From: Eledone cirrhosa
Lineage: Eukaryota
Assembly: GCA_964016885.1 (NCBI GenBank)
Contig: OZ024740.1
Location: forward strand, 347,448,001-347,512,000
Direction of reading: 5' to 3'
DNA length: 64,000 nt
Positions 58,104 through 64,000 of this stretch are shown piece by piece. The notes under the pieces are model-generated. The model ran no database searches. It was not told the origin of the DNA and saw nothing but the letters and a program-made list of their open reading frames with translations. Position numbers and translations under genes: made by a program. How positions within the stretch are numbered: position 1 is the first letter of the stretch; each line of letters starts with the position of its first letter.

Positions 58104-59285
58104 TTATATATATACAAAACTCCTCTGTGAAACCTGTGTATCATATAGATCAAGGTATCTAGTTGAACTGATTTCTACATGTCATGATATCCTCTGAGGT
58201 GGTGGTATGAACACGAACACATCACCAAGTAGATATCATATCATATTCTCACACGCTTTAATTTGAACATAGGTTTCATCCATGGCAAGGCTTATTTCTT
58301 AACACAAACCTTTATTATATGTGAGAACACACCACAGCTCTAACACTTCAAGGTCTTTGCTATAGATTTGTATCTGTTTCTGTGACACACCAGCTCACAC
58401 ATTCTTGACAAAGTTCAACTGTTGTTCAGAATTACTTGCAGGTGTGATGTCATCCACTCACGTGCCTGTTCAAAAGTTTCACTATCAACAAAGAATAACT
58501 TGATAGGTGCATTAGTCTCTAAAAGTGCCTTGACAAGGTCGTGTAACCTTGAATAACCAAAACATGTCATATTAGCACTTCATAGACGTGTTGGTCTCCG
58601 GAAAAGACTTGAGAAGAGCATGTGCATTGTGAATGTTCCGTCCATGATTAGTATAACACCTATCTCTTCAAGGAGGCACCGACACTATCTGGAAAGTCCT
58701 AGCCATGGTTAAACTAAAAACTTTTCCAAGTTTTCTCTTTGATGCTTGTTTTCTCTAGCTTAGTTCTACACAGGACAAAGAAGGGTCATTAAGGGTCATT
58801 ATCAAAAGAGCGTATCACAGAATTTTCTTTCTATGTTGCCTGCATATAATCCAATACAGTACTGAAATGTTCCCATATGGCTGCTGGGTTTTTACTTTTG
58901 TGGGAATACTGTGCTGAAGGTAGTCGTTTTATGGTTGCCACCTACAGAAACTATCAATGTAAGTTTTCTCTCTTTTTTAGTAAAGGTTTGAGGCGTGATT
59001 TTTCTGTGTACACTTTCTAATAAAAAAAAAATTGCAGGTTTGAATGTGATGAGATTGTATGTCATGAGTTTTAAGTTTTCGATCAATAGTAGCCATATCT
59101 TTATAATCAGCTAATACATTATCATCAAGTGGTATTAAGGACACCATACGTTAAAGAAATTCCACACAATATTGAGAGATACCAGCAGCATCTTATCATC
59201 GTGGTAGATCAAGATCAGACTGCTGCATGCACTGGTACTCTCCCACTTCCTGCACGTATGCGAGAATGGTCTTTTACTAAAGATA

Positions 59286-59680
59286 TATGAGAGGGGGCTG
59301 AAAAGTTCATAGGTTGACTATCAAGCAATGATGCTAGGGCTGTGAAATCTTGCATGCATTAATTTCTACTCTTTTTATTATTAGCTGTCTTGTTTCCTTC
59401 CAGATAAACTGACATATGACTTTTCAAAGAAATCTTCAAAGAAAATGGACAATATTGTGCATCGTAGTATTATCAAGTACCTACAGAAAAAGGGTTTAGC
59501 CCCCAAGGACTTTCATGCGACATGTTTGCTACATTAGTGGATGACGCTCCAGCTTTATCACCAGAGCAAAAGTGGGCAGCTGAATTTAGGAATAAAAGGG
59601 AGAGTCTTGATATTAGCTGAAGTTCTGGACGTCCTGGAACTACCACCATAAAGGAAAACATTGATCATGTTCACCACATG
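59286..59680 (+). mobile_element. Tc1/mariner remnant (left end + N-terminal transposase)
   Basis: TA-TGAGAGGGGGCTGAAAAGTTC terminus; decayed MDNIVHRSIIKYL...QKWAAEFRNKRESL...SGRP.T. Confidence 0.75.
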
Positions 59681-59944
59681 AAATCCTATTTCTTTTTTAT
59701 TATATGCAAATGAGATTAATCATCTCATTTACACAGACGAGAAATGTATATATTCTCGGCTGTCTTCTAGTCCAGCAGTCGCAAGCGGTGGGAGGGACCG
59801 TCCTGACGAAGGCCAGTTAAGCGTTAAAGGCATAGACGGTTGTCCCCCTTGCTTCTGCTGGACATCACCAGAGGGCGTTAGCCCCCCGTTGTTTGCATAG
59901 CTACGGCTTCCTAAAACCGTATTTCCTTGGAGATAAGAAATATT

Positions 59945-59995
<51 letters not shown>

Positions 59996-60092
59996 TAGAA
60001 AATGTGCGAGATCCATGGTACAGTTATAATATTGTAAAATGAAATCAAATTGTATAGAAGTACAAGTGAAGTCATTCTTTCCCTTTTTTCAA

Positions 60093-60123
<31 letters not shown>

Positions 60124-60539
60124 CACACACATATATATATATATATAAATAAATGTAATCTGACTTTTTCGAATATTAATGATAATATTTGATTCGTTTG
60201 CAATTATGCAAAGAAGCCTTATTTTTAAAGCCATGTCAGTAAAATGAGCCCCTCATTCTTGCTCTAGTGTTGGCATGTAAATAGAACTGTAGACGTTAAT
60301 GTTTCAACAGTACAGTTTGCTGTTCACCTGCCAACTGTCAGAGCTAGTGAAAATATATGATATATTCTAAAATATATAGTGACTGATCAGCCTGATTTGC
60401 ATATTAGCAGACTGGTTGATCAGACAGATCTGCATATCAGTAGATCCATTGATCAGCCAGGTTTGCATATCACCAGACTGGTCAGTCAGTTTCCTGTATT
60501 CGAGCGATCAATGACCGGCTTTGACATATTCAAATAAAA

Positions 60540-60688
<149 letters not shown>

Positions 60689-60916
60689 ATAGTACAGCAT
60701 ATTTGAAGTTCTATCAGCAGCCAAGCAAACGAATGCCTTCAGCAGTGGAGCCATGAACTCGACAAGGAATAAACCTCAGAGTAAAAACATACAGTTTAAA
60801 GGGCTTTGCAAATTGAAAATAGCGACTGCTAATTTAGCCGCGTGATCTGTAGCAACGAAAGAACTGACTAGGAAATACAAACACACACACATATATATAT
60901 ACATATAAAAATATAA

Positions 60917-60983
<67 letters not shown>

Positions 60984-60994
60984 TGTGTGCGTGC

Positions 60995-61096
<102 letters not shown>

Positions 61097-61495
61097 TTCC
61101 GTCCAGAATTAGCCGTTGAAACGGCTTGAGCTCAGCCGTCGGGGTCCTACTCGTTCCTATATATATATATATATATATATATGACCCTTATTCCTCTCGT
61201 TAGACCTGTGCGAAATTCCTTCCTTGCTCACATTTCAACCAGGTTTGATGGTCTTTATTCTCTCTCGTTCACGATTTCACCGAACTTATATTCATGGAAA
61301 TGTTTGGTCTTGACTCGCTCTTCCTCACTTTTCGTTGCTTCACGATCTTTGTTTATTTACACTCTCGCTGTTCCCTTTAATTACATGTCCCAACGACTTT
61401 CTTTAGCCGTTGCTCGCACCAACCGGAGGTATATGGTCTTTAAAGCGAAGAAATACCGATGATGGTTGGAAGATCACTGATGAAGGACCACTTTA

Positions 61496-61535
<40 letters not shown>

Positions 61536-61904
61536 AGGATATTAGATAAATGGAAACTATATTTATAAAACCATATTTATTCTATAATATATATTTTAAG
61601 GGTACCAAAAAACTTTGGTACGCTTTCATCAGATAAAATACAAAGTGTGTTTTATAAATTTTGACATAGCCAAGGAAAATCATACCTTATCAGTTAATTA
61701 CTACTCAGTGAATATTCAACTTATCAGGTATGATTTTCCTTGTATATATATATAATAGAATAAACATGGTTTTATAAATATAGTTTCCATTTATTTAATA
61801 TCCTTGAATATTTACTCCAGAAAACTGTCGAGTGCTCTGAATCAGTTATAAACATTTATATTTGTTGGATTTCCAACAAATTAAAAATCCCTTCTACATA
61901 TATA

Positions 61905-62976
<1,072 letters not shown>

Positions 62977-63102
62977 ATTGGTGTTGGATGCTTAAAGCGT
63001 CCGTATGCGGTAGGCCGTTTGAGCACCTGATGCTCTCACAGAGCAGAGTATGATATCACAAAAAAAAAAGAGAATCAGTGTTGCGACGAATGGAATTTAT
63101 TG

Positions 63103-63197
63103 GACATATTACAATCGTTTCTCTGGCGACCAGCTCGAGGCACGATCGATGTGATGATCGAACCTGACACTAAAATCGCAAGGTCCTCAGATATGTC
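63103..63197 (-). ncRNA. Type I hammerhead ribozyme with extended stem II, followed by an inverted partial copy (63211-63252)
   Basis: GACATAT-CTGAGGA-CCTTGCGA...TCGCCAGA-GAAA-CGATTGT-A-ATATGTC; perfect 7 bp stem I, GUA triplet. Confidence 0.75.
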
Positions 63198-63251
63198 TTG
63201 ATTCTACGAACTGGTCCCGAGAGAATTGATTGTAATATGTCCAATAAATTC

Positions 63252-63287
<36 letters not shown>

Positions 63288-63795
63288 CAATAACAGAGAT
63301 AGTTTAAAGCTAAACTCTGACTGGTAACCATCTCACTCAACAAACATTAGGTTATATTAAAATATAAACCCAATTTAAGTGTTTGGGGTGCTAACAATAT
63401 GTATAATGTGGAAAAACCAGTTGTATTATTTTATGAGATATAATTAAAGTTAAAGTATATCTCTCTTTCCAAACAATTGTTTCATTATAAGTTTTCTACA
63501 AGTTTGGGAGAATGTTTCCAGTTTATGTAGAAGCCTAATATATATTCATGTAAGAATATATTTAGGTGGGCACTTATAAATCATCAGTGGAAGCCCGTTA
63601 AACATTGATATAAGAAAACAATTTCTTACCGCTGTCAAAAATCATGTCCGTAAAGTTGCTCTCTCTCACCTTGAATGACCGCCAAATTTGAAATTCCAGC
63701 AGATTTTGACTGAGCAAGTATCATAGCGACACGAAGCGGGAAGGGGAGACAACCCACGATCCACGAAATGAGGAAAAAAAATAATATACACGCGG

Positions 63796-63872
<77 letters not shown>

Positions 63873-64000
63873 TATATATATACAATGAGTGGAAGAACAT
63901 TCGGAATGAAAGTGTTAACTTTTAGTGCATAATGTGATGAAGTAAATACTAAATATGTGCGTGATACATAAACTTCGGTTTTACCTTACAACAAAACGAA

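Noticed and set aside
58130-59280. Possible decayed coding or transposase sequence
   Set aside because: Many stops and no recognisable motif by eye; needs blastx
59795-59930. CTGACGA-AGG...CCT-AAAACCGTA hammerhead candidate
   Set aside because: G12 missing and no stem I
60380-60490. Short imperfect ~38 bp tandem as a CRISPR-like array
   Set aside because: No unique spacers, no cas genes, eukaryotic context; an ordinary minisatellite

Overview
AT-rich, microsatellite-dense eukaryotic DNA with no bacterial-style gene content. The tRNA-derived SINE ('GAGTTCAAATCCCGCCGAGGTTAACTTTGCCTTTCATCC') and the (TA)n/(CA)n/(TACA)n load suggest a cephalopod, probably Octopus; this is inference. Most ORF-track entries are microsatellite artefacts. 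Real content: (1) three Tx1/L1-clade LINE copies, all in (ATT)n tracts, including one near-full-length copy at 1916-7761; (2) four R4/Dong-type RLE LINE copies, the best-preserved abutting (TACA)n; (3) Penelope-like elements (one Neptune-type, two Naiad-type GIY-YIG remnants); (4) Helitron-type, hAT, TTAA-MITE and mariner remnants plus many SINEs; (5) one host gene missed by the ORF track, a spliced secreted Kazal protease inhibitor (exons 23606-23642 and 32528-32651), whose intron shares a collinear duplicated segment with 9.2-15.7 kb; (6) a possible decayed kinase. The most striking signal is more than ten type-I hammerhead ribozyme motifs read by eye. They include minimal, long-stem-II, U4C and U3-A8 compensated variants. 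Most sit in non-coding tandem or fold-back elements, and in several the palindrome axis lies just 5' of the ribozyme core, pointing to a retrozyme-like, Penelope-driven family. All RNA folds are manual and untested.
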